Source: the human T2T-CHM13v2.0 reference genome, Homo sapiens. From it: DNA of 64,000 bases. The translations under genes were made by a program, and so were the position numbers. The number at the start of each line of letters is the position of its first letter. Within the stretch, counting starts at the first letter, position 1. This document shows positions 1-12,556 of this stretch, piece by piece. The DNA is taken from NCBI RefSeq assembly GCF_009914755.1, contig NC_060935.1. One strand, 5' to 3'. The notes beneath the pieces were generated by a model. That model was not told where the DNA came from. It saw only the letters and a program-made list of their open reading frames with translations, and ran no database searches.

Positions 1-282
1 TCTTTGTGATGTTTGCATTCAACTCACAGAGTTGAGCCTTGCTTTCATAGTTCAGCTTTCAAACACTCTTTTTGTAGAATCTGCAACTGGATATTTGGAC
101 CACTTTGTGGCCTTCCTTCGAAACGCGTATATCTTCACATCAAACCTAGACAGAAGCATTCTCAGAATGTTTCCTGTGATGACTGCATTCAACCCACAGA
201 GGTGAACAATCCTGCTGATGGAGCAGTTTTGAAACTCTCTTTCTTTGGATTCTGCAAGTGGATATGTGGACCTCTGTGAAGA

Positions 283-299
283 TTTCGTTGGAAACGGGT
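283..299 (+). promoter_or_regulatory. CENP-B box of monomer B (first instance; repeated once per HOR)
   Basis: TTTCGTTGGAAACGGGT matches the CENP-B core nTTCGnnnnAnnCGGGn. Confidence 0.93.
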
Positions 300-793
300 T
301 CATCTTCACAGAAAAACTAAACAGAAGCATTCTCAGAAACTGCTTTGTGATGTTTGTGTTCCACTTCAGGAATTGAACTTTCCTCTTGACAGAGCAGCTC
401 TGAAACCCTCTTATTCTAGAATCTGCAAGTGGACATTTGGAGGGCTTTGAGGCCTGCGGTGGAAAAGGAAAATCTTCACATAAAAACTAGATGGAAGCAT
501 TCTCAGAAACTACTTTGTGATGATTGCATTCGACTCACAGAGTTGAACATTCCTATAGATAGAACAAGTTGTAAACAATCTTTTTGTAGTATCTGGATTG
601 GAAATTTGGACTGCTTTGAGGCCTACTGTAGTAAAGGAAATAACTTCATCTAAAAACCAAACGGAAGCATTCACAGACAATTCTTAGTGATCATTGGATT
701 GAACCAACAGAGCTGAACATTCCTTTAGATGGCGCAGTTTCCAAACACACTTTCTGTAGTATCTGCAACTGGATATTTGGACCTCTCTGAGGA

Positions 794-810
794 TTTCGTT
801 GGAAACGGGA
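794..810 (+). promoter_or_regulatory. CENP-B box of monomer E (first instance; repeated once per HOR)
   Basis: TTTCGTTGGAAACGGGA matches all 9 essential CENP-B positions. Confidence 0.93.
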
Positions 811-831
811 TAAACTTCCCAGAACTACACG

Positions 832-1511
832 GAAGCATTCTGAGAAACTTCTTTGTGATGTTTGCATTCAACTCACAGAGTTGAACCTTGCTTTCATAGT
901 TCAGCTTTCAAACACTCTTTTTGTAGAATCTGCAAGTGGATATTTGGACCACTTTGTGGCCTTCCTTCGAAACTGGTATATCTTCACATCAAACCTAGAC
1001 AGAAGCATTCTCAGAATGTTTCCTGTGATGACTGCATTCAACCCACAGAGGTGAACAATCCTGTTGATGGAGCAGTTTTGAAACTCTCTTTCTTTGGATT
1101 CTGCAAGTGGATATGTGGACCTCTGTGAAGATTTCGTTGGAAACGGGTTCATCTTCACAGAAAAACTAAACAGAAGCATTCTCAGAAACGGCTTTGTGAT
1201 GATGGCATTCGACTCACAGAGTTGAACATTCCTATAGATAGAGCAGGTTGTAAACAATCTTTTTGTAGAATCTGCGATTGGAGATTTGGACTGCTTTGAG
1301 GCCTACTGTAGTAAAGGAAATAACTTCATCTAAAAACCAAACGGAAGCATTCACAGACAATTCTTAGTGATCATTGGATTGAACTAACAGAGCTGAACAT
1401 TCCTTTAGATGGAGCAGTTTCCAAACACACTTTCTGTAGAATCTGCAAGTGGATATTTGGACTTCTCTGAGGATTTCGTTGGAAACGGGATAAACTTCCC
1501 AGAACTACACG
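832..1511 (+). repeat. Structural-variant HOR: 4-mer (680 bp) lacking monomer C, with a hybrid C/D junction at 1192-1201
   Basis: The period drops to 680 bp (862 to 1542). The sequence runs C-type GCTTTGTGATG directly into D-type ATGGCATTCGACTCACAG. This unit has no XbaI site. Confidence 0.93.
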
Positions 1512-1640
1512 GAAGCATTCTGAGAAACTTCTTTGTGATGTTTGCATTCAACTCACAGAGTTGAACCTTGCTTTCATAGTTCAGCTTTCAAACACTCTTT
1601 TTGTAGAATCTGCAAGTGGATATTTGGACCACTTTGTGGC

Positions 1641-1657
1641 CTTCCTTCGAAACGGGT
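1641..1657 (+). promoter_or_regulatory. Degenerate CENP-B box of monomer A (representative; TTCC form present in all copies)
   Basis: CTTCCTTCGAAACGGGT has TTCC in place of the required TTCG, so it is predicted not to bind. Confidence 0.8.
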
Positions 1658-1982
1658 ATATCTTCACATCAAACCTAGACAGAAGCATTCTCAGAATGTT
1701 TCCTGTGATGACTGCATTCAAGTCACAGAGGCGAACAATCCTGTTGATGGAGCAGTTTTGAAACTCTCTTTCTTTGGATTCTGCAAGTGGATATGTGGAC
1801 CTCTGTGAAGATTTCGTTGGAAACGGGTTCATCTTCACAGAAAAACTAAACAGAAGCATTCTCAGAAACTGCATTGTGATGTTTGTGTTCCACTTCAAGA
1901 GTTGAACTTTCCTCTTGACAGAGCAGCTCTGAAACCCACTTTTTCTAGAATCTGCAAGTGGACATTTGGAGGGCTTTGAGGC

Positions 1983-1999
1983 CTGTGGTGGAAAAGGAA
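1983..1999 (+). other. A-type (pJ-alpha-like) box of monomer C at the CENP-B-box-equivalent position (monomer D has CTACTGTAGTAAAGGAA)
   Basis: CTGTGGTGGAAAAGGAA resembles the A-type alphoid box and lacks both CpGs. Confidence 0.7.
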
Positions 2000-3689
2000 A
2001 ATCTTCACATAAAAACTAGATGGAAGCATTCTCAGAAACTACTTTGTGATGATTGCATTCGACTCACAGGGTTGAACATTCCAATAGATAGAGCAGGTTG
2101 TAAACAATCTTTTTGTAGAATCTGCGATTGGAGATTTGGACTGCTTTGAGGCCTACTGTAGTAAAGGAAATAACTTCATCTAAAAACCAAACGGAAGCAT
2201 TCACAGACAATTCTTAGTGATCATTGGATTGAACTAACAGAGCTGAACATTCCTTTAGATGGAGCAGTTTCCAAACACACTTTCTGTAGAATCTGCAAGT
2301 GGATATTTGGACTTCTCTGAGGATTTCGTTGGAAAAGGGATAAACTTCCCAGAACTACACGGAAGCATTCTGAGAAACTTCTTTGTGATGTTTGCATTCA
2401 ACTCACAGAGTTGAACCTGGCTTTCATAGTTCAGCTTTCAAACACTCTTTTTGTAGAATCTGCAAGTGCATATTTGGACCACTTTGTGGCCTTCCTTCGA
2501 AACGGGTATATCTTCACATCAAACCTAGACAGAAGCATTCTCAGAATGTTTCCTGTGATGACTGCATTCAACTCACAGAGGTGAACAATCCTGCTGATGG
2601 AGCAGTTTTGAAACTCTCTTTCTTTGGATTCTGCAAGTGGATATGTGGACCTCTGTGAAGATTTCGTTGGAAACGGGTTCATCTTCACAGAAAAATTAAC
2701 AGGAGCATTCTCAGAAACTGCTTTGTGATGTTTGTGTTCCACTTCAAGAATTGAACTTTCCTCTTGACAGAGCAGCTCTGAAACCCTCTTTTTCTAGAAT
2801 CTGCAAGTGGACATTTGGAGGGCTTTGAGGCCTGTGGTGGAAAAGGAAAATCTTCACATAAAAACTAGATGGAAGCATTCTCAGAAACTCCTTTGTGATG
2901 ATTGCATTCGACTCACAGAGTTGAACATACCTATAGATAGAGCAGGTTGTAAACAATCTTTTTGTAGAATCTGCGATTGGAGATTTGGACTGCTTTGAGG
3001 CCTACTGTAGTAAAGGAAATAACTTCATCTAAAAACCAAACGGAAGCATTCACAGACAATTCTTAGTGATCATTGGATTGAACTAACAGAGCTGAACATT
3101 CCTTTAGATGGAGCAGTTTCCAAACCCACTTTCTGTAGAATCTGCAAGTGGATATTTGGACTTCTCTGAGGATTTCGTTGGAAACGGGATAAACTTCCCA
3201 GAACTACACGGAAGCATTGTGAGAAACTTCTTTGTGATGTTTTCATTCAACTCACAGAGTTGAACCTTGCTTTCATAGTTCAGCTTTCAAACACTCTTTT
3301 TGTAGAATCTGCAAGTGGATATTTGGACCACTTTGTGGCCTTCCTTCGAAACGGGTATATCTTCACATCAAACCTATACAAAAGCATTCTCAGAATGTTT
3401 CCTGTGATGACTGCATTCAACTCACAGAGGTGAACAATCCTGTTAATGGACTAGTTTTGAAACTCTCTTTCTTTGGATTCTGCAAGTGGATATGTGGACC
3501 TCTGTGAAGATTTCGTTGGAAACGGGTTCATCTTCACAGAAAAACTAAACAGAAGCATTCTCAGAATCTGCTTTGTGATGTTTGTGTTCCACTTCAAGAA
3601 TTGAACTTTCCTCTTGACAGAGCAGCTCTGAAACCCTCTATTTCTAGAATCTGCAAGTGGACATTTGGAGGGCTTTGAGGCCTGTGGTG

Positions 3690-6600
3690 GAAAAGGAAAA
3701 TCTTCACATAAAAACTGGATGGAAGCATTCTCAGAAACTACTTTGTGATGATTGAATTCGACTGACAGAGTTGAACATTCCTATAGAGAGAGCAGGTTGT
3801 AAACAATCTTTTTGTAGAATCTGCGATTAGAGATTTGGACTGCTTTGAGGCCTACTGTAGTAAAGGAAATAACTTCATCTAAAAACCAAACGGAAGCATT
3901 CACAGACAATTCTTAGTGATCATTGGATTCAACTAACAGAGCTGAACATTCCTTTAGATGGCGCAGTTTCCAGACACACTTTCTGTAGAATCTGCAAGTG
4001 GATATTTGAACCTCTCTGAGGATTTCGTTGGAAAGGGGATAAACTTCCCAGAACTACACGGAAGCATTCTGAGAAACTTCTTTGTGATGTTTGCATTCAA
4101 CTCACAGAGTTGAACCTTGCTTTCATAGTTCAGCTTTCAAACACTCTTTTTGTAGAATCTGCAAGTGGATATTTGGACCACTTTGTGGCCTTCCTTCGAA
4201 ACGGGTATATCTTCACATCAAACCTAGACAGAAGCATTCTCAGAATGTTTCCTGTGATGACTGCATTCAACTCACAGAGGTGAACAATCCTGCTGATGGA
4301 GCAGTTTTGAAACTCTCTTTCTTTGGATTCTGCAAGTGGATATGTGGACCTCTGTGAAGATTTCGTTGGAAACGGGTTCATCTTCACAGAAAAATTAACA
4401 GGAGCATTCTCAGAAACTGCTTTGTGATGTTTGTGTTCCACTTCAAGAATTGAACTTTCCTCTTGACAGACCAGCTCTGAAACCCTCTTTTTCTAGAATC
4501 TGCAAGTGGACATTTGGAGGGCTTTGAGGCCTGTGGTGGAAAAGGAAAATCTTCACATAAAAACTAGATGGAAGCATTCTCAGAAACTCCTTTGTGATGA
4601 TTGCATTCGACTCACAGAGTTGAACATTCCTATAGATAGAGCAGGTTGTAAACAATCTTTTTGTAGAATCTGCGATTGGAGATTTGGACTGCTTTGAGGC
4701 CTACTGTAGTAAAGGAAATAACTTCATCTAAAAACCAAACGGAAGCATTCACAGACAATTCTTAGTGATCATTGCATTGAACTAACAGAGCTGAACATTC
4801 CTTTAGATGGAGCAGTTTCCAAACCCACTTTCTGTAGAATCTGCAAGTGGATATTTGGACTTCTCTGAGGATTTCGTTGGAAACGGGATAAACTTCCCAG
4901 AACTACATGGAAGCATTGTGAGAAACATCTTTGTGGTGTTTTCATTCAACCCACAGAGTTGAACCTTGCTTTCATAGTTCAGCTTTCAAACACTCTTTTT
5001 GTAGAATCTGCAAGTGGATATTTGGACCACTTTGTGGCCTTCCTTCGAAACGGGTATATCTTCACATCAAACCTATACAGAAGCATTCTCAGAATGTTTC
5101 CTGTGATGACTGCATTCATCTCACAGAGGTGAACAATCCTGTTGATGGAGTAGTTTTGAAACTCTCTTTCTTTGGATTCTGCAAGTGGATATGTGGACCT
5201 CTGCGAAGATTTCGTTGGAAACGGGTTCATCTTCACAGAAAAACTAAACAGAAGCATTCTCAGAAACTGCTTTGTGATGTTTGTGTTCCACTTAAAGAAT
5301 TGAACTTTCCTCTTGACAGAGCAGCTCTGAAACCCTCTTTTTCTAGAATCTGCAAGTGGACATTTGGAGGGCTTTGAGGCCAGTGGTGGAAAAGGAAAAT
5401 CTTCACATAAAAACTAGATGGAAGCATTCTCAGAAAGTACTTTGTGATGATTGCATTCGACTCACAGAGTTGAACATTCCTATAGATAGAGCAGGTTGTA
5501 AACAATCTTTTTGTAGAATCTGCGATTGGAGATTTGGACTGCTTTGAGGCCTACTGTAGTAAAGGAAATAACTTCATCTAAAAACCAAACGGAAGCATTC
5601 ACAGACAATTCTTAGTGATCATTGGATTGAACTAACAGAGCTGAACATTCCTTTAGATGGCGCAGTTTCCAGACACACTTTCTGTAGAATCTGCAAGTGG
5701 ATATTTGGACCTCTCTGAGGATTTCGTTGGAAAGGGGATAAACTTCCCAGAACTACACTTAAGCATTCTGAGAAACTTCTTTGTGATGTTTGCATTCAAC
5801 TCACAGAGTTGAACCTTGCTTTCATAGTTCAGCTTTCAAACACTCATTTTGTAGAATCTGCAAGTGGATATTTGGACCACTTTGTGGCCTTCCTTCGAAA
5901 CGGGTATATCTTCACATCAAACCTAGACAGAAGCATTCTCAGAATGTTTCCTGTGATGACTGCATTCAACTCACAGAGGTGAACAATCCTGCTGATGGAG
6001 CAGTTTTGAAACTCTCTTTCTTTGGATTCTGCAAGTGGATATGTGGACCTCTGTGAAGATTTCGTTGGAAACGGGTTCATCTTCACAGAAAAACTAAACA
6101 GAAGCATTCTTAGAAACTGCTTTGTTATGTTTGTGTTCCACTTCAAGAATTGAACTTTCCTCTTGATAGAGGAGCTCTGAAACCCTCTTTTTCTAGAATC
6201 TGCAAGTGGACATTTGGAGGGATTTGAGGCCTGTGGTGGAAAAGGAAAATCTTCACATAAAAACTGGATGGAAGCATTCTCAGAAACTACTTTGTGATGA
6301 TTGAATTCGACTGACAGAGTTGAACATTCCTATAGAGACAGCAGGTTGTAAACAATCTTTTTGTAGAATCTGCGATTAGAGATTTGGACTGCTTTGAGGC
6401 CTACTGTAGTAAAGGAAATAACTTCATCTAAAAACCAAACGGAAGCATTCACAGACAATTCTTAGTGATCATTGGATTGAACTAACAGAGCTGAACATTC
6501 CTTTAGATGGCGCAGTTTCCAGACACACTTTCTGTAGAATCTGCAAGTGGATATTTGGACCTCTCTGAGGATTTCGTTGGAAAGGGGATAAACTTCCCAG

Positions 6601-8300
6601 AACTACACGGAAGCATTCTGAGAAACTTCTTTGTGATGTTTGCATACAACTCACAGAGTTGAACCTTGCTTTCATAGTTCAGCTTTCAAACACTCTTTTT
6701 GTAGAATCTGCAAGTGGATATTTGGACCACTTTGTGGCCTTCCTTCGAAACGGGTATATCTTCACATCAAACCTAGACAGAAGCATTCTCAGAATGTTTC
6801 CTGTGATGACTGCATTCAACTCACAGAGGTGAACAATCCTGCTGATGGAGCAGTTTTGAAACTCTCTTTCTTTGGATTCTGCAAGTGGATATGTGGACCT
6901 CTGTGAAGATTTCGTTGGAAACGGGTTCATCTTCACAGAAAAATTAACAGGAGCATTCTCAGAAACTGCTTTGTGATGTTTGTGTTCCACTTCAAGAATT
7001 GAACTTTCCTCTTGACAGAGCAGCTCTGAAACCCTCTTTTTCTAGAATCTGCAAGTGGACATTTGTGGGGCTTTGAGGTCTGTGGTGGAAAAGGAAAATC
7101 TTCACATAAAAACTAGATGGAAGCATTCTCAGAAACTCCTTTGTGATGATTGCATTCGACTCACAGAGTTGAACATTCCTATAGATAGAGCAGGTTGTAA
7201 ACAATCTTTTTGTAGAATCTGCGATTGGAGATTTGGACTGCTTTGAGGCCTACTGTAGTAAAGGAAATAACTTCATCTAAAAACCAAACGGAAGCATTCA
7301 CAGACAATTCTTAGTGATCATTGCATTGAACTAACAGAGCTGAACATTCCTTTAGATGGAGCAGTTTCCAAACCCACTTTCTGTAGAATCTGCAAGTGGA
7401 TATTTGGACTTCTCTGAGGATTTCGTTGGAAACGGGATAAACTTCCCAGAACTACATGGAAGCATTGTGAGAAACATCTTTGTGATGTTTTCATTCAACT
7501 CAAAGAGTTGAACCTTGCTTTCATAGTTCAGCTTCCAAACACTCTTTTTGTAGAATCTGCAAGTGGATATTTGGACCACTTTGTGGCCTTCCTTCGAAAC
7601 GGGTATATCTTCACATCAAACCTATACAGAAGCATTCTCAGAATGTTTCCTGTGATGACTGCATTCAACTCACAGAGGTGAACAATCCTGTTGATGGAGT
7701 AGTTTTGAAACTCTCTTTCTTTTTATTCTGCAAGTGGATATGTGGACCTCTGTGAAGATTTCGTTGGAAACGGGTTCATCTTCACAGAAAAACTAAACAG
7801 AAGCATTCTCAGAAACTGCTTTGTGATGTTTGTGTTCCACTTAAAGAATTGAACTTTCCTCTTGACAGAGCAGCTCTGAAACCCTCTTTTTCTAGAATCT
7901 GCAAGTGGACATTTGGAGGGCTTTGAGGCCAGTGGTGGAAAAGGAAAATCTTCACATAAAAACTAGATGGAAGCATTCTCAGAAACTACTTTGTGATGAT
8001 TGCATTCGACTCACAGAGTTGAACATTCCTATAGATAGAGCAGGTTGTAAACAATCTTTTTGTAGAATCTGCGATTGGAGATTTGGACTGCTTTGAGGCC
8101 TACTGTAGTAAAGGAAATAACTTCATCTAAAAACCAAACGGAAGCATTCACAGACAATTCTTAGTGATCATTGGATTGAACTAACAGAGCTGAACATTCC
8201 TTTAGATGGAGCAGTTTCCAGACACACTTTCTGTAGAATCTGCAAGTGGATATTTGGACCTCTCTGAGGATTTCGTTGGAAACGGGATAAACTTCCCAGA
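3690..8300 (+). repeat. Older tandem duplication with a 3-HOR (2549 bp) period
   Basis: Rare variants recur 2549 bp apart: GAATTCGACTGAC at 3754/6303, AAAGGGG box at 4035/6584 and CTACATGG..AACATCT at 4908/7457. Boundaries are approximate. Confidence 0.75.
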
Positions 8301-11300
8301 ACTACACGGAAGCATTCTGAGAAACTTCTTTGTGATGTTTGCATTCAACTCACAGAGTTGAACCTTGCTTTCATAGTTCAGCTTTCAAACACTCTTTTTG
8401 TAGAATCTGCAAGTGGATATTTGGACCACTTTGTGGCCTTCCTTCGAAACGGGTATATCTTCACATCAAACCTATACAGAAGCATTCTCAGAATGTTTCC
8501 TGTGATGACTGCATTCAACTCACAGAGGTGAACAATCCTGTTGATGGAGTAGTTTTGAAACTCTCTTTCTTTGGATTCTGCAAGTGGATATGTGGACCTC
8601 TGTGAAGATTTCGTTGGAAACGGGTTCATCTTCACAGAAAAACTAAACAGAAGCATTCTCAGAAACTGCTTTGTGATGTTTGTGTTCCACTTAAAGAATT
8701 GAACTTTCCTCTTGACAGAGCAGCTCTGAAACCCTCTTTTTCTAGAATCTGCAAGTGGACATTTGGAGGGCTTTGAGGCCTGTGGTGGAAAAGGAAAATC
8801 TTCACATAAAAACTAGATGGAAGCATTCTCAGAAACTCCTTTGTGATGATTGCATTCGACTCACAGAGTTGAACATTCCTATAGATAGAGCAGGTTGTAA
8901 ACAATCTTTTTGTAGAATCTGCGATTGGAGATTTGGACTGCTTTGAGGCCTACTGTAGTAAAGGAAATAACTTCATCTAAAAACCAAACGGAAGCATTCA
9001 CAGACAATTCTTAGTGATCATTGCATTGAACTAACAGAGCTGAACATTCCTTTAGATGGAGCAGTTTCCAAACCCACTTTCTGTAGAATCTGCAAGTGGA
9101 TATTTGGACTTCTCTGAGGATTTCGTTGGAAACAGGATAAACTTCCCAGAACTACACGGAAGCATTGTGAGAAACTTCTTTGTGATGTTTTCATTCAACT
9201 CACAGAGTTGAACCTTGCTTTCATAGTTCAGCTTTCAAACACTCTTTTTGTAGAATCTGCAAGTGGATATTTGGACCACTTTGTGGCCTTCCTTCGAAAC
9301 GCGTATATCTTCACATCAAACCTATACAGAAGCATTCTCAGAATGTTTCCTGTGATGACTGCATTCAACTCACAGAGGTGAACAATCCTGTTGATGGAGT
9401 AGTTTTGAAACTCTCTTTCTTTGGATTCTGCAAGTGGATATATGGACCTCTGTGAAGATTTCGTTGGAAACGGGTTTATCTTCACAGAAAAACTAAACAG
9501 TAGCATTCTCAGAAACTGCTTTGTGATGTTTGTGTTCCACTTAAAGAATTGAACTTTCCTCTTGACAGAGCAGCTCTGAAACCCTCTTTTTCTAGAATGT
9601 GCAAGTGGACATTTGGAGGGCTTTGAGGCCAGTGGTGGAAAAGGAAAATCTTCACATAAAAACTAGATGGAAGCATTCTCAGAAACTACTTTGTGATGAT
9701 TGCATTCGACTCACAGAGTTGAACATTCCTATAGATAGAGCAGGTTGTAAACAATCTTTTTGTAGAATCTGCGATTGGAGATTTGGACTGCTTTGAGGCC
9801 TACTGTAGTAAAGGAAATAACTTCATCTAAAAACCAAACGGAAGCATTCACAGACAATTCTTAGTGATCATTGGATTGAACTAACAGAGCTGAACATTCC
9901 TTTAGATGGCGCAGTTTCCAGACACACTTTCTGTAGAATCTGCAAGTGGATATTTGGACCTCTCTGAGGATTTCGTTGGAAACGGGATAAACTTCCCAGA
10001 ACTACACGGAAGCATTCTGAGAAACTTCTTTGTGATGTTTGCATTCAACTCACAGAGTTGAACCTTGCTTTCATAGTTCAGCTTTCAAACACTCTTTTTG
10101 TAGAATCTGCAAATGGATATTTGGACCACTTTGTGGCCTTCCTTCGAAACGGGTATATCTTCACATCAAACCTAGACAGAAGCATTCTCAGAATGTTTCC
10201 TGTGATGACTGCATTCAACTCACAGAGGTGAACAATCCTGCTGATGGAGCAGTTTTGAAACTCTCTTTCTTTGGATTCTGCAAGTGGATATGTGGACCTC
10301 TGTGAAGATTTCGTTGGAAACGGGTTCATCTTCACAGAAAAATTAACAGGAGCATTCTCAGAAACTGCTTTGTGATGTTTGTGTTCCACTTCAAGAATTG
10401 AACTTTCCTCTTGACAGAGCAGCTCTGAAACCCTCTTTTTCTAGAATCTGCAAGTGGACATTTGGAGGGCTTTGAGGCCTGTGGTGGAAAAGGAAAATCT
10501 TCACATAAAAACTAGATGGAAGCATTCTCAGAAACTCCTTTGTGATGATTGCATTCGACTCACAGAGTTGAACATTCCTATAGATAGAGCAGGTTGTAAA
10601 CAATCTTTTTGTAGAATCTGCGATTGGAGATTTGGACTGCTTTGAGGCCTACTGTAGTAAAGGAAATAACTTCATCAAAAAACCAAACGGAAGCATTCAC
10701 AGACAATTCTTAGTGATCATTGGATTGAACTAACAGAGATGAACATTCCTTTAGGTGGAGCAGTTTCGAAACACACTTTCTGTAGAATCTGCAAGTGGAT
10801 AATTGGACTTCTCTGAGGATTTCGTTGGAAACGGGATAAACTTCCCAGAACTACACGGAAGCATTCTGAGAAACTTCTTTGTGATGTTTGCATTCAACTC
10901 ACAGAGATGATCCTTGCTTTCATAGTTCAGCTTTCAAACACTCTTTTTGTAGAATCTGCAAGTGGATATTTGGACCACTTTTTGTCCTTCCTTCGAAACG
11001 GGTATATCTTCACATCAAACTTAGACAGAAGCATTCTCAGAATGTTTCCTGTGATGACTGCATTCAACTCACAGAGGTGAACAATCCTGTTGATGGAGCA
11101 GTTTTGAAACTCTCTTTCTTTGGATTCTGCAAGTGGATATGTGGACCTCTGTGAAGATTTCGTTGGAAACGGGTTCATCTTCACAGAAAAATTAACAGGA
11201 GCATTCTCAGAAACTGCTTTGTGATGTTTGTGTTCCACTTCAAGAATTGAACTTTCCTCTTGACAGAGCAGCTCTGCAACCCTCTTTTTCTAGAATCTGC

Positions 11301-12556
11301 AAGTGGACATTTGGAGGGTTTTGAGGCCTGTGGTGGAAAAGGAAAATCTTCACATAAAAACTAGATGGAAGCATTCTCAGAAACTCCTTTGTGATGATTG
11401 CATTCGACTCACAGAGTTGAACATTCCTATAGATAGAGCAGGTTGTAAACAATCTTTTTGTAGAATCTGCGATTGGAGATTTGGACTGCTTTGAGGCCTA
11501 CTGTGGTAAAGGAAATAACTTCATCTAAAAACCAAACGGAAGCATTCACAGACAATTCTTAGTGATCATTGCATTGAACTAACAGAGCTGAACATTCGGT
11601 TAGATGGCGCAGTTTCCAAACACACTTTCTGTAGAATCTGCAAGTGGATATTTGGACCTCTCTGAGGATTTCGTTGGAAACGGGATAAACTTCCCAGAAC
11701 TACACGGAAGCATTGTGAGAAACTTCTTTGTGATGTTTGCATTCAACTCACAGAGTTGAAACTTGCTTTCATAGTTCAGCTTTCAAACACTCTTTTTGTA
11801 GAATCTGCAAGTGGATATTTGGACCACTTTGTGGCCTTCCTTCGAAACGAGTATATCTTCACATCAAACCTAGACAGAAGCATTCTCAGAATGTTTCCTG
11901 TGATGACTGCATTCAACTCACAGAGGTGAACAATCCTGCTGATGGAGCAGTTTTGAAATTCTCTTTCTTTGGATTCTGCAAGTGGATATGTGGACCTCTG
12001 TGAAGATTTCTTTGGAAACGGGTTCATCTTCACAGAAAAACTAAACAGAAGCATTCTCAGAAACTGCTTTGTGATGTTTGTGTTCCACTTCAGGAATTGA
12101 ACTTTCCTCTTGACAGAGCAGCTCTGAAACCCTCTTATTCTAGAATCTGCAAGTGGACATTTGGAGGGCTTTCAGGCCTGTGGTGGAAAAGGAAAATCTT
12201 CACATAAAAACTAGATGGAAGCATTCTCAGAAACTACTTTGTGATGATTGCATTCGACTCACAGAGTTCAACATTCCTATAGATAGAGCAGGTTGTAAAC
12301 AATCTTTTTGTAGAATCTGCGATTGGAGATTTGGACTGCTTTGAGGCCTACTGTAGTAAAGGAAATAACTTCATCTAAAAACCAAACGGAAGCATTCACA
12401 GACAATTCTTAGTGATCATTGGATTGAACTAACAGAGCTGAACATTCGTTGAGATGGCGCAGTTTCCAAACACACTTTCTGTAGAATCTGCAAGTGGATA
12501 TTTGGACCTCTCTGAGGATTTCGTTGGAAACGGGATAAACTTCCCAGAACTACACG

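Larger units (their letters stand above)
1512..2361 (+). repeat. Representative complete HOR unit: monomers A 1512-1681 (170 bp), B 1682-1852 (171), C 1853-2022 (170), D 2023-2193 (171), E 2194-2361 (168)
   Basis: Monomers are phased on GAAGCATT at 1512, 1682, 1853, 2023, 2194 and 2362 (sum 850). E, A and B have B-type boxes, while C and D have A-type (pJ-alpha-like) boxes. This is consistent with SF3 W1-W5, where E would be the short W1-like monomer (inference). Confidence 0.92.

Noticed and set aside
1641-1657. TTCGAAACGGG in monomer A as a third functional CENP-B box
   Set aside because: TTCG and CGGG are only 3 bp apart instead of 7, and the in-register position reads TTCC.
11755-12025. 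GAAACTTGC plus TTTCTTTGG shared with the unit at 60142 as a 48-kb conversion
   Set aside because: Only two single-base changes are shared, while intervening markers (GAATGTGC, TTCTACAAG) are not. Recurrent mutation cannot be excluded.
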